Under the pieces are notes generated by a model. That model did no database searches, was not told where the DNA came from, and worked only from the letters and a program-made list of their open reading frames with translations. This document shows positions 7,453-15,650 of a DNA stretch of 18,810 nucleotides, piece after piece. Position 1 is the first letter of the stretch, and the number at the start of each line of letters is the position of its first letter. Origin of the DNA: Candidatus Eiseniibacteriota bacterium (GTDB taxonomy: Bacteria > Eisenbacteria > RBG-16-71-46); contig JANLWX010000088.1 of assembly GCA_031364845.1 (NCBI GenBank), positions 1 to 18,810 of the forward strand, read 5' to 3'. The position numbers and the translations under genes are program-made.

Positions 7453-8612
7453 GACGTCTCCCCCACCGCGGCGATGCCGTTCTGCGACCGCGCGAGCGCG
7501 ACGGATTCGACGAACGCGGCGATCACCGCCTCGACCTCGGCCTCGGTGCTCGTGCGACCCATGCTGAGCCGGATCGCGCACACTGCGAGTTCGCGCGGCA
7601 CACTCATCGCCTTAAGCACCGGCGAAGGCTCGACCGCGCCGCTCGCACACGCGGCACCGGCCGACACCGCGATACCGCGCGCGTCGAGCGCCATCAGCAT
7701 GTGATCGCTGCGCGCGCCGGGCACCGAGAAGTTGACCGTGTTCGGAAGCCGCGGCACGCCCGACGCGTGGATGACCGCGTCCGGCAGTGCTGCGCGGATG
7801 CCGCGTTCGAGCTGCGTGCGCAGAGCGAGCATGCGATCGCGCTCGGTTTCGAGTTCGCGCGCCGCGGTCTCGGCGGCCACGCCGAAGCCGATGATCCCCG
7901 ACAGGTTCTCGGTGCCGCCCCGGCGTCCGGACTCGTGTCCGCTGCCGCGGAAGATCGGCTCGAAGGGCGAACCCGTGCGCACGATCAAGGCACCCACGCC
8001 CTTCGGACCACCGAGCTTGTGCGCCGAGATCACGAGATAGTCCACATCGAGCGAAGCGAGATCGACCGGGATCTTCCCCGCGGCCTGCACCGCGTCGCAG
8101 TGCACGAGGATGCCGCGCTCGTGTGCGCGAGAGGCGACCGCGGCGACCGGCTGCACCGCTCCGGTCTCGTTGTTCGCGAGCATCACCGATACGAGCACCG
8201 TGCGCGGCTCGAGATCGATGACCGGTCCGGGATCGACCACCCCCGACGGAGTCGCCGCGAGATGTCCGATCTCCCAGCCGCCGCGCGCGAGCACGTCGGC
8301 CGCTCCGTGCACGGCATGGTGCTCGATCGTGGAGATCGCGACCCGCCGGCCGCGCGACTCGAGCGCCCACGCCGCGCCGATGATGCCGGCGTGATCGGCT
8401 TCGGTGCCGCCGCTCGTGAACACGATCTCGGACGGCCGCGCATTGACCAGGGCGGCGACCTGCTCACGCGCGCGGTCGATCGCGGCGCGCGCCCGCTGAC
8501 CCTCGCGGTGCATGCTCGACGGATTCGCATGCAGGTCGGAGGTCGCCGCCGTCATGGCGGCAGCGACCTCCGGACGAACCGGCGTCGATGCGTTGTGGTC
8601 GAAGTAGATCAC
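7449..8612 (-). CDS. iscS: Cysteine desulfurase (IscS/NifS/YrvO type)
   Basis: IYFDHNASTP, NPSS.H..G, FTSGGTE, HCDAVQAAGK, PLP lysine in SAHKLGGPKG and catalytic Cys in SAGAACAS. GTG at 8612 preceded by GAAAGG. Confidence 0.93.
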   Translation of the reverse strand: MIYFDHNASTPVRPEVAAAMTAATSDLHANPSSMHREGQRARAAIDRAREQVAALVNARPSEIVFTSGGTEADHAGIIGAAWALESRGRRVAISTIEHHAVHGAADVLARGGWEIGHLAATPSGVVDPGPVIDLEPRTVLVSVMLANNETGAVQPVAAVASRAHERGILVHCDAVQAAGKIPVDLASLDVDYLVISAHKLGGPKGVGALIVRTGSPFEPIFRGSGHESGRRGGTENLSGIIGFGVAAETAARELETERDRMLALRTQLERGIRAALPDAVIHASGVPRLPNTVNFSVPGARSDHMLMALDARGIAVSAGAACASGAVEPSPVLKAMSVPRELAVCAIRLSMGRTSTEAEVEAVIAAFVESVALARSQNGIAAVGETS

Positions 8613-8665
8613 GGTCGGCCTTTCGTGCCTCGCGTGACGAGGCGTTGAGCCGGCCTCGCCGCGGA

Positions 8666-9355
8666 TCAGGACTTCACGAATTTCTCGAGGACTTCGATGC
8701 TCTCTTTGGCGCTGTTGGCCTCTGCAGAGTTGGGAGCGATCTCGATCACGCGGCGCCACATGCGGATCGCGTCGCGATAGATCCCCGCGTCCGCGAACGC
8801 CACGCCGAGCGTGAAGTAGGCGCAGTAGGCACCGGTGCCCTTGTTGATCATCCCGCGCAGCAGACGCATCGCTTCCTTGTAGTTCGCCTGCGCGTAGAGC
8901 GAGCTGGCGAGCCGGCAGGTCGCCACCGAGTCGCCGGGCGCCACCTGGAGTGCCTCACGATAGTAGATCTGAGCACTCGCCGGCTGTCCGGCCGCGTCGA
9001 ACGCCGCACCGAGATTGACGAGCACCTTGTGATTCTTGGGCTTGAGGCTGCGCGCCTTGAGCAGCACCCGCACCGATTCGTTCACGCGGTCCCGGTCGAG
9101 GTACATGACGCCGAGCTTGTAGAGGTTGTCGAACTTCGAAGAGTCGCGCGCAACGGCACGCTCGAGCAGCCCGAGGCTGTCGACCACGGCAGGCTTCGCC
9201 GCGGCGGGCTTGGTGGTCGCCGGCTTGGACGCCGCCGGCGCCGAGGCTTCTTTGGCGTGATCGTGGCCTTCGTGGGGATCGGCCGCAAAGGACGGCATGA
9301 CCATGCAGGTCGCAGCGAGCGCCACGAGGGCGAGCGCCAGAATCGAGCGCTTCAC
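8666..9355 (-). CDS. Exported tetratricopeptide-repeat protein
   Basis: SD GGAGG before the GTG at 9355; signal peptide KRSILALALVALAA...SFA; Ala/Pro/Lys linker; several TPR-like units (LYKLGVMY, LVNLGAAF, AYFTLGVAF...A...W...IEIAP). Confidence 0.8.
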   Translation of the reverse strand: MKRSILALALVALAATCMVMPSFAADPHEGHDHAKEASAPAASKPATTKPAAAKPAVVDSLGLLERAVARDSSKFDNLYKLGVMYLDRDRVNESVRVLLKARSLKPKNHKVLVNLGAAFDAAGQPASAQIYYREALQVAPGDSVATCRLASSLYAQANYKEAMRLLRGMINKGTGAYCAYFTLGVAFADAGIYRDAIRMWRRVIEIAPNSAEANSAKESIEVLEKFVKS

Positions 9356-9406
9356 GAGTCGGTCCTCCGGGAGTTGCTTGGGGTTCTGGCTGGGGAACGG
9401 GCGTTG

Positions 9407-9415
9407 ATCGTAGCA
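9407..9415 (-). promoter_or_regulatory. Putative extended -10 promoter for TPR-iscS-mnmA-methyltransferase
   Basis: Minus strand TG-C-TACGAT about 50 nt upstream of the TPR start, in the intergenic gap. Confidence 0.4.
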
Positions 9416-9450
9416 CGGCGAAACGCGGGACGCATGTCGGCGGCCCGAGC

Positions 9451-10656
9451 CTATGGGGTCACCACCGGACGGCCCGCCAGCGCGCGGTCGAGATCCGCCC
9501 ACAGATCCTCCAGGTCCTCGATCCCGATCGAGAGCCGGAGCATGCCGTCCGAGATCCCCGCCGCAGCGCGCTCGGCCGCAGTCAGCATCCGGTGCGAGGT
9601 CGCGGCCGGAAGCCCGATCAGCGAATCGACGCCGCCGAGGCTCGGACCGAGCCCGAACAGCGTCACCGCGTCGAGCACCGAACGCGCGTGCGCGGCGTCG
9701 CGCAACTCGATCGCGATCACAGGACCGAAACCGAGCGCCATCTGCCGGCGCGCGATCTCGTGGCCGGGATGATTCTCGAGACCCGGATAGTGAACGTGCC
9801 TCACGTCACGATGGCCGGCGAGCCGCGTCGCCAGCGCGAGCGCGTTCGCGTTCGCCGCGGCGACGCGCATCGGCAGCGTCTTCACGCTGCGCTCGATCAG
9901 CCACGCCGTGGTCGGATCACAGGTGCCGCCGAATACGACGCGCGCGTGGAACACCGGGTCCAGCACTTCGCGCGATCCGAGCGCCACGCCCGCCAGGAGA
10001 TCGCTGTGACCGCCGATCGACTTGGTCGCGCTGTAGGTGACCAGATCGGCGCCGCGCACGAACGGCTGCTGCCCCATCGGCGAGGCGAACGTGTTGTCGA
10101 CGCTGAGCAGCGCACCGTGACGGTGCGCGAGTGCGGCGGCCTGTTCGAGATCGACGATGCACAGCGTGGGATTGGTGGGCGACTCGACGTGCAGGATGCG
10201 CGTGTTCGAAGTGAATGCGGCCTCCCACGTCGCGGGATCGCGCGCATCGACGAACGCGACCGACCAGCCGAAGCGCTCAGCCCCCCAGTGCAGGAGTTCG
10301 ATCGTGCCGCCATAGCACTGGCGCAGCGTCACCACGTGGTCACCCGGGCGCAGGTGCGCGAGCAACGCGCTCGAGATCGCCGCCATTCCCGAGCCGAACA
10401 AGAGCGCGCGCTCCGCGCCTTCGAGATGGGCGAGCCGCTCTTCGACGCGCCGGAGCGTGGGATGTCCGACGCGCTGATAAAAGCTGCCGTCCTGGCCGAG
10501 ATCCTGCTCGTGCAGCATCGCTTCGAGCGAGGGCGCGGTGAACGTGGCAGAGTGGACGATCGGCGTGCTGACCGCGCCACCCGGCGGATGCGAGACTCCA
10601 TGCACGGCGCGCGTGCCGGCGCCGTGGGCGGACGAGGATTCGAAATCGCGGGTCAC
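9451..10656 (-). CDS. Cys/Met metabolism PLP-dependent enzyme (cystathionine gamma-synthase/lyase family)
   Basis: TRAVHG, FYQRVGHPT, FGSGMAAI, CYGGT, ESPTNP, VDNTFASP, PLP lysine in YSATKSIGGHSD, SLGGVDSL and LRLSIGIED. SD GAGAGGAG before the GTG at 10656. Confidence 0.92.
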   Translation of the reverse strand: MTRDFESSSAHGAGTRAVHGVSHPPGGAVSTPIVHSATFTAPSLEAMLHEQDLGQDGSFYQRVGHPTLRRVEERLAHLEGAERALLFGSGMAAISSALLAHLRPGDHVVTLRQCYGGTIELLHWGAERFGWSVAFVDARDPATWEAAFTSNTRILHVESPTNPTLCIVDLEQAAALAHRHGALLSVDNTFASPMGQQPFVRGADLVTYSATKSIGGHSDLLAGVALGSREVLDPVFHARVVFGGTCDPTTAWLIERSVKTLPMRVAAANANALALATRLAGHRDVRHVHYPGLENHPGHEIARRQMALGFGPVIAIELRDAAHARSVLDAVTLFGLGPSLGGVDSLIGLPAATSHRMLTAAERAAAGISDGMLRLSIGIEDLEDLWADLDRALAGRPVVTP

Positions 10657-10687
10657 GGGGGCTCCTCTCGCGCGTGCGGACGCAGGA

Positions 10688-10716
10688 TTGTCCCGCGACC
10701 GGTTCGCGATGATACT
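10688..10716 (+). promoter_or_regulatory. Putative promoter for the GT9 gene (leaderless geometry)
   Basis: TTGTCC (10688-10693), 17 nt, GATACT (10711-10716), 7 nt, ATG 10724; no SD visible. Confidence 0.4.
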
Positions 10717-10723
10717 CCACGAT

Positions 10724-11794
10724 ATGCTCGTCGCGCGTCCCGTCGATCCCGCCCAGGTCCGGCGCGTGTTGCTCGTCCGCCCGCGGTTTCTCGGCGACCT
10801 GTGCCTCGTGATGCCGGCGCTCGACGCGGTGCGCGCCGCATGCCCCGCGGCGCGGATCGGATTCGTGGTCGAGCGCGAGAGCGCCGCACTACTGGAAGGC
10901 GACCCGCGCATCCACGAACGGTTCATCGTGACGCCGCACGCCTCGGCGCGCGAGACGCTCACGCTGATCGGAGCTCTGCGCCGCTTCGCCCCCGACGTCG
11001 CGATCGACCTGTTCTGCAATCCGCGCACGGCCGTGTGGACGCGCGCGTCCGGTGCGCGCGTGCGCGTCGGCTATCCGCACAAGGGCTGGCGCTCGGCGCT
11101 CTATACGCACCACTCCGAACCGCGCACGCTGTCGGCGATCGGATTCCACCTCGCGTCGGTGCGCGCACTCGGCTGGCCGGCACCGCACTCAGTTCCATCG
11201 CTGCACGTGGCCGAAACGCGGCGCGCCGAAGCAGCCTCGGCGCTCGAAGCGCTCGGGGTTGCGGCCGGCGCGCGACTGGTGGGATTCCATCCGGGGGCGC
11301 GATGGCCGACGCGACGCTGGGCTCCGGAACGATTCGTCGAGCTCGCGCGGCGGTTCCTCGAACACGATCCGCTCGGGGTGGCGATCATCACCGGGGCGGC
11401 GGCGGAGCGGGAGCTTGCGGAGTCGATCCGCCGCGAACTGCCCGAAGGCCGCGCGCACACGGCGATCGCGTGGCCGATCGCGCGCTTCGTGGCCCTTCAG
11501 TCGCTGTGCGCCGCGTTCGTCTCGGGCGATTCAGGGCCGATGCACACGGCGGTCGGAGCCGGAACGCGAACGCTGGGACTCATGTCGCGCAACCGGCCCG
11601 CGATGTTCTTTCCGTATCCCGAGGACCGCGGACACCGCGCGCACTACGCGCGCGTGGAGTGCAGTCCGTGCGATCGCGACCTGTGCGACGACCTGCGCTG
11701 CCTCCACCGCCTGAGCGTCGATGGTGCGTGGGAACTGCTGCAGGCGATGCTCCAGAAACCCTGGACGAAGGCAAACCCGGCGCCGGGGGCGTGA
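10724..11794 (+). CDS. Glycosyltransferase family 9 (WaaF/RfaF-like ADP-heptose heptosyltransferase)
   Basis: RRVLLVRPRFLGDL, FHPGARWPTRRW, FVSGDSGPMHTA and C-terminal CSPC motif. Start at 10724; 10709 is possible. Confidence 0.9.
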   Translation: MLVARPVDPAQVRRVLLVRPRFLGDLCLVMPALDAVRAACPAARIGFVVERESAALLEGDPRIHERFIVTPHASARETLTLIGALRRFAPDVAIDLFCNPRTAVWTRASGARVRVGYPHKGWRSALYTHHSEPRTLSAIGFHLASVRALGWPAPHSVPSLHVAETRRAEAASALEALGVAAGARLVGFHPGARWPTRRWAPERFVELARRFLEHDPLGVAIITGAAAERELAESIRRELPEGRAHTAIAWPIARFVALQSLCAAFVSGDSGPMHTAVGAGTRTLGLMSRNRPAMFFPYPEDRGHRAHYARVECSPCDRDLCDDLRCLHRLSVDGAWELLQAMLQKPWTKANPAPGA

Positions 11795-11801
11795 ACGATC
11801 G

Positions 11802-11999
11802 TCAACCGCGTCCGCGTGGCGCGCGGCGGGCCGCCTGCCCGGAATCATCCCGGGGCAGCCGGCCCGCGTCTTTCAAACTTTTCCGCAGCAGGAATTCCAG
11901 CTGCGCGTTCAGGCTCCGCAACTCGTCTTCCGCCCAATGCTGGAGCGCGTCGAACATCGCAGGATCGAGCCTGAGCAGATAGGGTTTGCGCTCTGCCAC
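11802..11999 (-). CDS. Small Arc/ribbon-helix-helix DNA-binding protein (65 aa)
   Basis: ERKPYLLRLDPAMFDALQHWAEDELRSLNAQLEFLLRK fits the Arc-like beta-strand LR...RS.N pattern; GTG 10 nt after the SPFH stop. Hidden inside a longer ORF-track entry (11802..12206). Confidence 0.85.
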   Translation of the reverse strand: MAERKPYLLRLDPAMFDALQHWAEDELRSLNAQLEFLLRKSLKDAGRLPRDDSGQAARRAPRGRG

Positions 12000-12009
12000 G
12001 GGACAATGC

Positions 12010-12876
12010 CTAGTAAAGGGTACCGGTGTTGACGACCGGTTGTGCGTGCCGGTCGCTGCACAGGACCACGAGCAGGTTGGACACCATCGCGGCCTTGCGT
12101 TCCTCGTCGAGATGGACGACGCCCTTCTTCGACAACTCGTGCAGCGCCATCTCCACCATGCCGACCGCGCCTTCCACGATGCGAGTGCGCGCGGCGATGA
12201 TGGCACTCGCCTGCTGCCGCTGCAGCATCGCGCTCGCGATTTCCTGCGCGTAGGCCAGGTGGCTGATGCGCGCCTCGATCACTTCGACGCCGGCCTTCTC
12301 GAGCCGCGCCTGGATCTCGGCCTTGAGCTGGTCGGCGATCTCCATGGTGTGGCTGCGCAGCGAGATCTCGCCCTCGATGTGGGCGTCGTACGGATGGGAC
12401 GACGAGAGATTGCGCAGCGCCGCTTCGGTCTGGACCTGAACGAAGTTCTTGTAGTCGTCGACTTCGAACAATGCCTCGGCGCTGTCGACCACCCTCCACA
12501 CCACGACCGCCGCGATCTCGATCGGGTTGCCGGTGTGGTCGTTCACTTTGAGCTTCGCGCTCTCGAAGTTCCGGATGCGCATCGAGACCGCACGGCGGCT
12601 GGTGAACGGGTTGATCCAATGGAACCCGGGACTCCGCACCGTTCCCACATAGCTGCCGAACAGCTGAACCACCTTCGCTTCGTTGGGATTCACGATGAAC
12701 AGCCCGCACAGGCCGAGGCCCGAGGCGGCGAGTACCAGCAGGAATCCGATTCCGGTCAGAGCGTGGTCGGACTTGAGATTCGAGATGGCCAGCACCAGCG
12801 AGGCAACGGTCATGACGGACAGCACGGCCAGCATGAGCGCACCTGGGAGCGTCGGGGCGATTCTCTCGCGAAACAT
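12010..12876 (-). CDS. SPFH (band 7/stomatin/prohibitin) domain membrane protein
   Basis: Strong SD AAGGAGG; two N-terminal TM helices; [40 protein letters not shown] and C-terminal VVNTGTLY. Confidence 0.92.
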   Translation of the reverse strand: MFRERIAPTLPGALMLAVLSVMTVASLVLAISNLKSDHALTGIGFLLVLAASGLGLCGLFIVNPNEAKVVQLFGSYVGTVRSPGFHWINPFTSRRAVSMRIRNFESAKLKVNDHTGNPIEIAAVVVWRVVDSAEALFEVDDYKNFVQVQTEAALRNLSSSHPYDAHIEGEISLRSHTMEIADQLKAEIQARLEKAGVEVIEARISHLAYAQEIASAMLQRQQASAIIAARTRIVEGAVGMVEMALHELSKKGVVHLDEERKAAMVSNLLVVLCSDRHAQPVVNTGTLY

Positions 12877-12913
12877 TTGCTTCCTCCTTGGGGTTGATGT
12901 CGCTGCGATAGCT

Positions 12914-12927
12914 AAGTGATATCACTT
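12914..12927. promoter_or_regulatory. Perfect 14-bp palindrome, candidate operator of the SPFH-RHH operon
   Basis: AAGTGATATCACTT, AT-rich within a GC-rich context, 37 nt upstream of the SPFH start, overlapping a TG-n-TATCAC extended -10-like sequence. Confidence 0.65.
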
Positions 12928-13103
12928 TTGTTCTGACGAGGTCCAGAGTTTTTTGGGGGTACCACGCGGGTCCGCCGGGAGTCCCGCAAGGTCGCCGCGC
13001 CGACCGAGTTGTGGAAGAATGCGCGGCATAGATTGGCTGGAGCGGCACGCCCGCCGCTGCCGGACGAAGATCGGACGTCATTCGACACGGAGTCCCCCAC
13101 GCC

Positions 13104-13904
13104 ATGCGTGCTCCCATCATCACGTTCACGTCGGACTTCGGACACGAAGACTGGTTCGTCGGTGTGGTTCACGGCGTCATCCACGAGATCTGCCCGCAGG
13201 CGCGCATCGTCGATCTCAATCACTCGATCGAGCCCGCCGACATCGCGCGCGCCGCGTTCATCCTCGAAGCAGCGGCCGAAGACTTCCCTCCGGAAGCGCT
13301 GCACCTCGTGGTCGTCGATCCCGGCGTCGGCACCAGCCGGCGCGCGCTCGCGGTGCGCGCGCGCGGGCAGCTCTATGTCGGTCCCGACAACGGCGTGCTC
13401 GAGTGGGCGCTGCATGCTCCCGACGCGACGGTTCATCTGTTGGCCGACGAGCGCTTCTTCCGCCAGCCGGTGAGCCGGACGTTTCACGGCCGGGATGTGT
13501 TCGCGCCGGTGACGGCGCATCTCGCGCGCGGCGTGGCGCTCGAATCGCTCGGACCGCGCATCAACGACCCGGTGCGCATGGAGCGCCCGGCGTGCCGCAC
13601 CGCCGACGGCGTGCTCACCGGGCGCATCGCCTACATCGATCGCTTCGGCAACGCGCTCACGACGATCATGGCGTCCGATCTGTGGAGCGCATTCCCCGGA
13701 CGGGCCGAGGAGGATCTTTCGGTCGACGCGGGCGGACGGCGGATCCGCGGGATCACCTACTCCTACGGTGAAGCTCCGATCGGCACGCTGGTGGCGATCA
13801 TCGGATCGAGCAACCGGCTCGAGATCGCGCACGTCGGCGGCCACGCCGCGCTGCGCTTCGGCTTCGGCGTCGGGGATCCGATCGCGGTGCGCGGCGACGG
13901 CTGA
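13104..13904 (+). CDS. DUF62 / SAM hydroxide adenosyltransferase (SAM-dependent halogenase superfamily)
   Basis: ITFTSDFG, VVDPGVGTSRR, GPDNG, SRTFHGRDVFAP and IDRFGN; SD-like GGAG upstream. Confidence 0.92.
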   Translation: MRAPIITFTSDFGHEDWFVGVVHGVIHEICPQARIVDLNHSIEPADIARAAFILEAAAEDFPPEALHLVVVDPGVGTSRRALAVRARGQLYVGPDNGVLEWALHAPDATVHLLADERFFRQPVSRTFHGRDVFAPVTAHLARGVALESLGPRINDPVRMERPACRTADGVLTGRIAYIDRFGNALTTIMASDLWSAFPGRAEEDLSVDAGGRRIRGITYSYGEAPIGTLVAIIGSSNRLEIAHVGGHAALRFGFGVGDPIAVRGDG

Positions 13905-13954
13905 GACGAGGCATCCGCGAGCTGTTGCCGTCGCGAGGCCGAACGACGAAACGC

Positions 13955-13991
13955 CGAAGGGGTCCGACCGGAATTCCGGCGGACCCCTTCG
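13955..13991. terminator. Long hairpin between convergent genes, probable bidirectional terminator
   Basis: CGAAGGGGTCCG-A-CCGG-AATT-CCGG-CGGACCCCTTCG: a 16-bp stem with one bulge. Confidence 0.75.
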
Positions 13992-14009
13992 ATCATCTTC
14001 GGCAAACGA

Positions 14010-15629
14010 TCAGCGACGCTTGGCAGGCTCCGACGTGTCCATGATTCCCGACATCAACTTGGTCGCGCGCGGGAACAGTTCGATCGCCTGGTTGAGCTGG
14101 GTGTCGTCCTCGATCAGAACCTTGTAGCGCTCGAGCTGCCCCATCGTGTTGCTCGCGAGTTCCGCGCGGATCTGCCGCATCATGAACGGCCGGTCCGCCT
14201 GCCACACCGAATCCGTTACCGCGACCTTGCGCGTCTTCATCGCTTCGCGCAGATCAGTCCACTCGTTTTCGCCGAGATGGAAGTTGGGGCCGAGGGATTC
14301 CGGCGTCCACTTCATGTCCTTGTGCTTGTGCACGTACTGGGTCGCGAACTCCCAGAACACGCGATTCTGGATCATGTTCGCCTGTGGCTGGGTGAGGTTC
14401 GGATCATCCTTCACGATCACATCCGGATACACACCGCCGCCGCCGTACACCGTGCGGCCACCCGCCGTCTTGAACTTCGGCATGGTCGCGAGAATCGAGT
14501 CACTCGGGACGTCGAACTTGTATGCGTCCTCCTGATACTCCGAGCGGTCCGAGAACTTGGTGTAGTCACGCTGGATCAGCCGTCCACTCGGCGTATGGTA
14601 CTTGGCGATCGTCAGCAGCAGCTTGGAGCCGTTGGACAGGCGCAGCTGATTCTGAACCAGGCCCTTGCCGAACGAGTTGGTGCCTACGACCAGCCCGCGA
14701 TCGAGATCCTGAATCGCGCCCGAAACGATCTCCGAGGCCGACGCGCTGCCGTGATCGATCAGCACCACGACCGGGCCTTCGAGGAACTTTTTGCGCTCGC
14801 CGCTCTTGTAGTCCGCGTTCGCCGACGGAATCCGGCCGCGCGTGTAGACCAGCAGCTTGTTGCCGGGCACGAGCTGATCGAGCACATCGACCGCCTGCGA
14901 CAGCAGTCCGCCCGAGTTCGAGCGCAGATCTAGCATCAGCGACTTCATGCCCTGCGCCTTGAGCGTGGTCATCGCCTTCTCGAGCTCCTCGCCCGTCGTC
15001 TGCGAGAACCGGATGATGCGCACGTAACCGACGCCCGGACGGATCATGTAGGCGTAGGGGATGCTCTCGATCGGAATCTTCGCGCGCTCGATCGCGAACT
15101 TGAGCGGCTCGGGCTCGTCCTGGCGCAGGATCGTGACCTTGACCGTGCTCCCGTTGGGTCCGCGCAGCAACTTGAACACGTCGTCGTTGGTGAGGTTCTT
15201 CGGCAGCGGCTTGTCGTCGACTTCGGTGATGCGGTCGCCGGCGCCGATGCCGAGGCGGAACGCGGGGGTGCCCTCGAGCGGCGAGATCACGACGATCGCG
15301 CTCTCGCGGATCTCGAACTGAATCCCGATGCCCGAGTACTCGCCCTGAAATTCTTCGTCCATGCGCTGAGCGCGCTGCTCGGGCACGTAGACCGTGTGCG
15401 GATCGAGCGTCTTCAACATGCCGTCGATCGCGCCCTTCACGAGCTTCTGGTTATCGGGAACGTCGACGTAGTTGTTCTGCACCAGGTACAGCACCTGGGA
15501 GAACACGTCGAGCTGCCCGCGCAGATCGTCGGTCGCCTGGAGGCCGCGCGCGAGCCCGAATCCCAGGAGCAGCGACAGCGCCATGGCCAGCGCGAGCGGA
15601 CCTTTGGAGTTGCGACGGATGAACGACAT
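14010..15629 (-). CDS. S41 family carboxyl-terminal processing protease (CtpA/Prc-like)
   Basis: Signal/TM N-terminus; LDPHT; PDZ domain (GIGI...SPLEGTPA); LDLRSNSGG; catalytic Ser in SASASEIV; Lys in SFGKG; TPSGR. SD GGGAG. Confidence 0.95.
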   Translation of the reverse strand: MSFIRRNSKGPLALAMALSLLLGFGLARGLQATDDLRGQLDVFSQVLYLVQNNYVDVPDNQKLVKGAIDGMLKTLDPHTVYVPEQRAQRMDEEFQGEYSGIGIQFEIRESAIVVISPLEGTPAFRLGIGAGDRITEVDDKPLPKNLTNDDVFKLLRGPNGSTVKVTILRQDEPEPLKFAIERAKIPIESIPYAYMIRPGVGYVRIIRFSQTTGEELEKAMTTLKAQGMKSLMLDLRSNSGGLLSQAVDVLDQLVPGNKLLVYTRGRIPSANADYKSGERKKFLEGPVVVLIDHGSASASEIVSGAIQDLDRGLVVGTNSFGKGLVQNQLRLSNGSKLLLTIAKYHTPSGRLIQRDYTKFSDRSEYQEDAYKFDVPSDSILATMPKFKTAGGRTVYGGGGVYPDVIVKDDPNLTQPQANMIQNRVFWEFATQYVHKHKDMKWTPESLGPNFHLGENEWTDLREAMKTRKVAVTDSVWQADRPFMMRQIRAELASNTMGQLERYKVLIEDDTQLNQAIELFPRATKLMSGIMDTSEPAKRR

Positions 15630-15650
15630 ATGGGCTTGGCTCCCTGGGTG

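Noticed and set aside
5830..7704. 624-aa plus-strand ORF
   Set aside because: Antisense shadow of mnmA and the methyltransferase; Arg/Ala-rich with no motifs, typical of high-GC DNA.
9451..10656. Specific call as methionine gamma-lyase
   Set aside because: It has YGGT rather than the YGC motif typical of canonical methionine gamma-lyases; specificity within the family cannot be read from sequence alone.
10657..11028. N-terminal extension of the transsulfuration enzyme, overlapping GT9 head to head
   Set aside because: A strong SD before GTG 10656 and a promoter-like element before ATG 10724 resolve the two genes as divergent and non-overlapping.
9592..11982. 796-aa plus-strand ORF
   Set aside because: Overlaps the PLP enzyme antisense and GT9 out of frame; low-complexity Arg-rich translation with no recognisable domain.
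13104..13904. Possible SAM-dependent fluorinase or chlorinase
   Set aside because: It keeps the Asp (VVD), Arg (SRR) and His (TFHGRD) residues characteristic of DUF62 SAM hydrolases, and no halometabolite genes are nearby.
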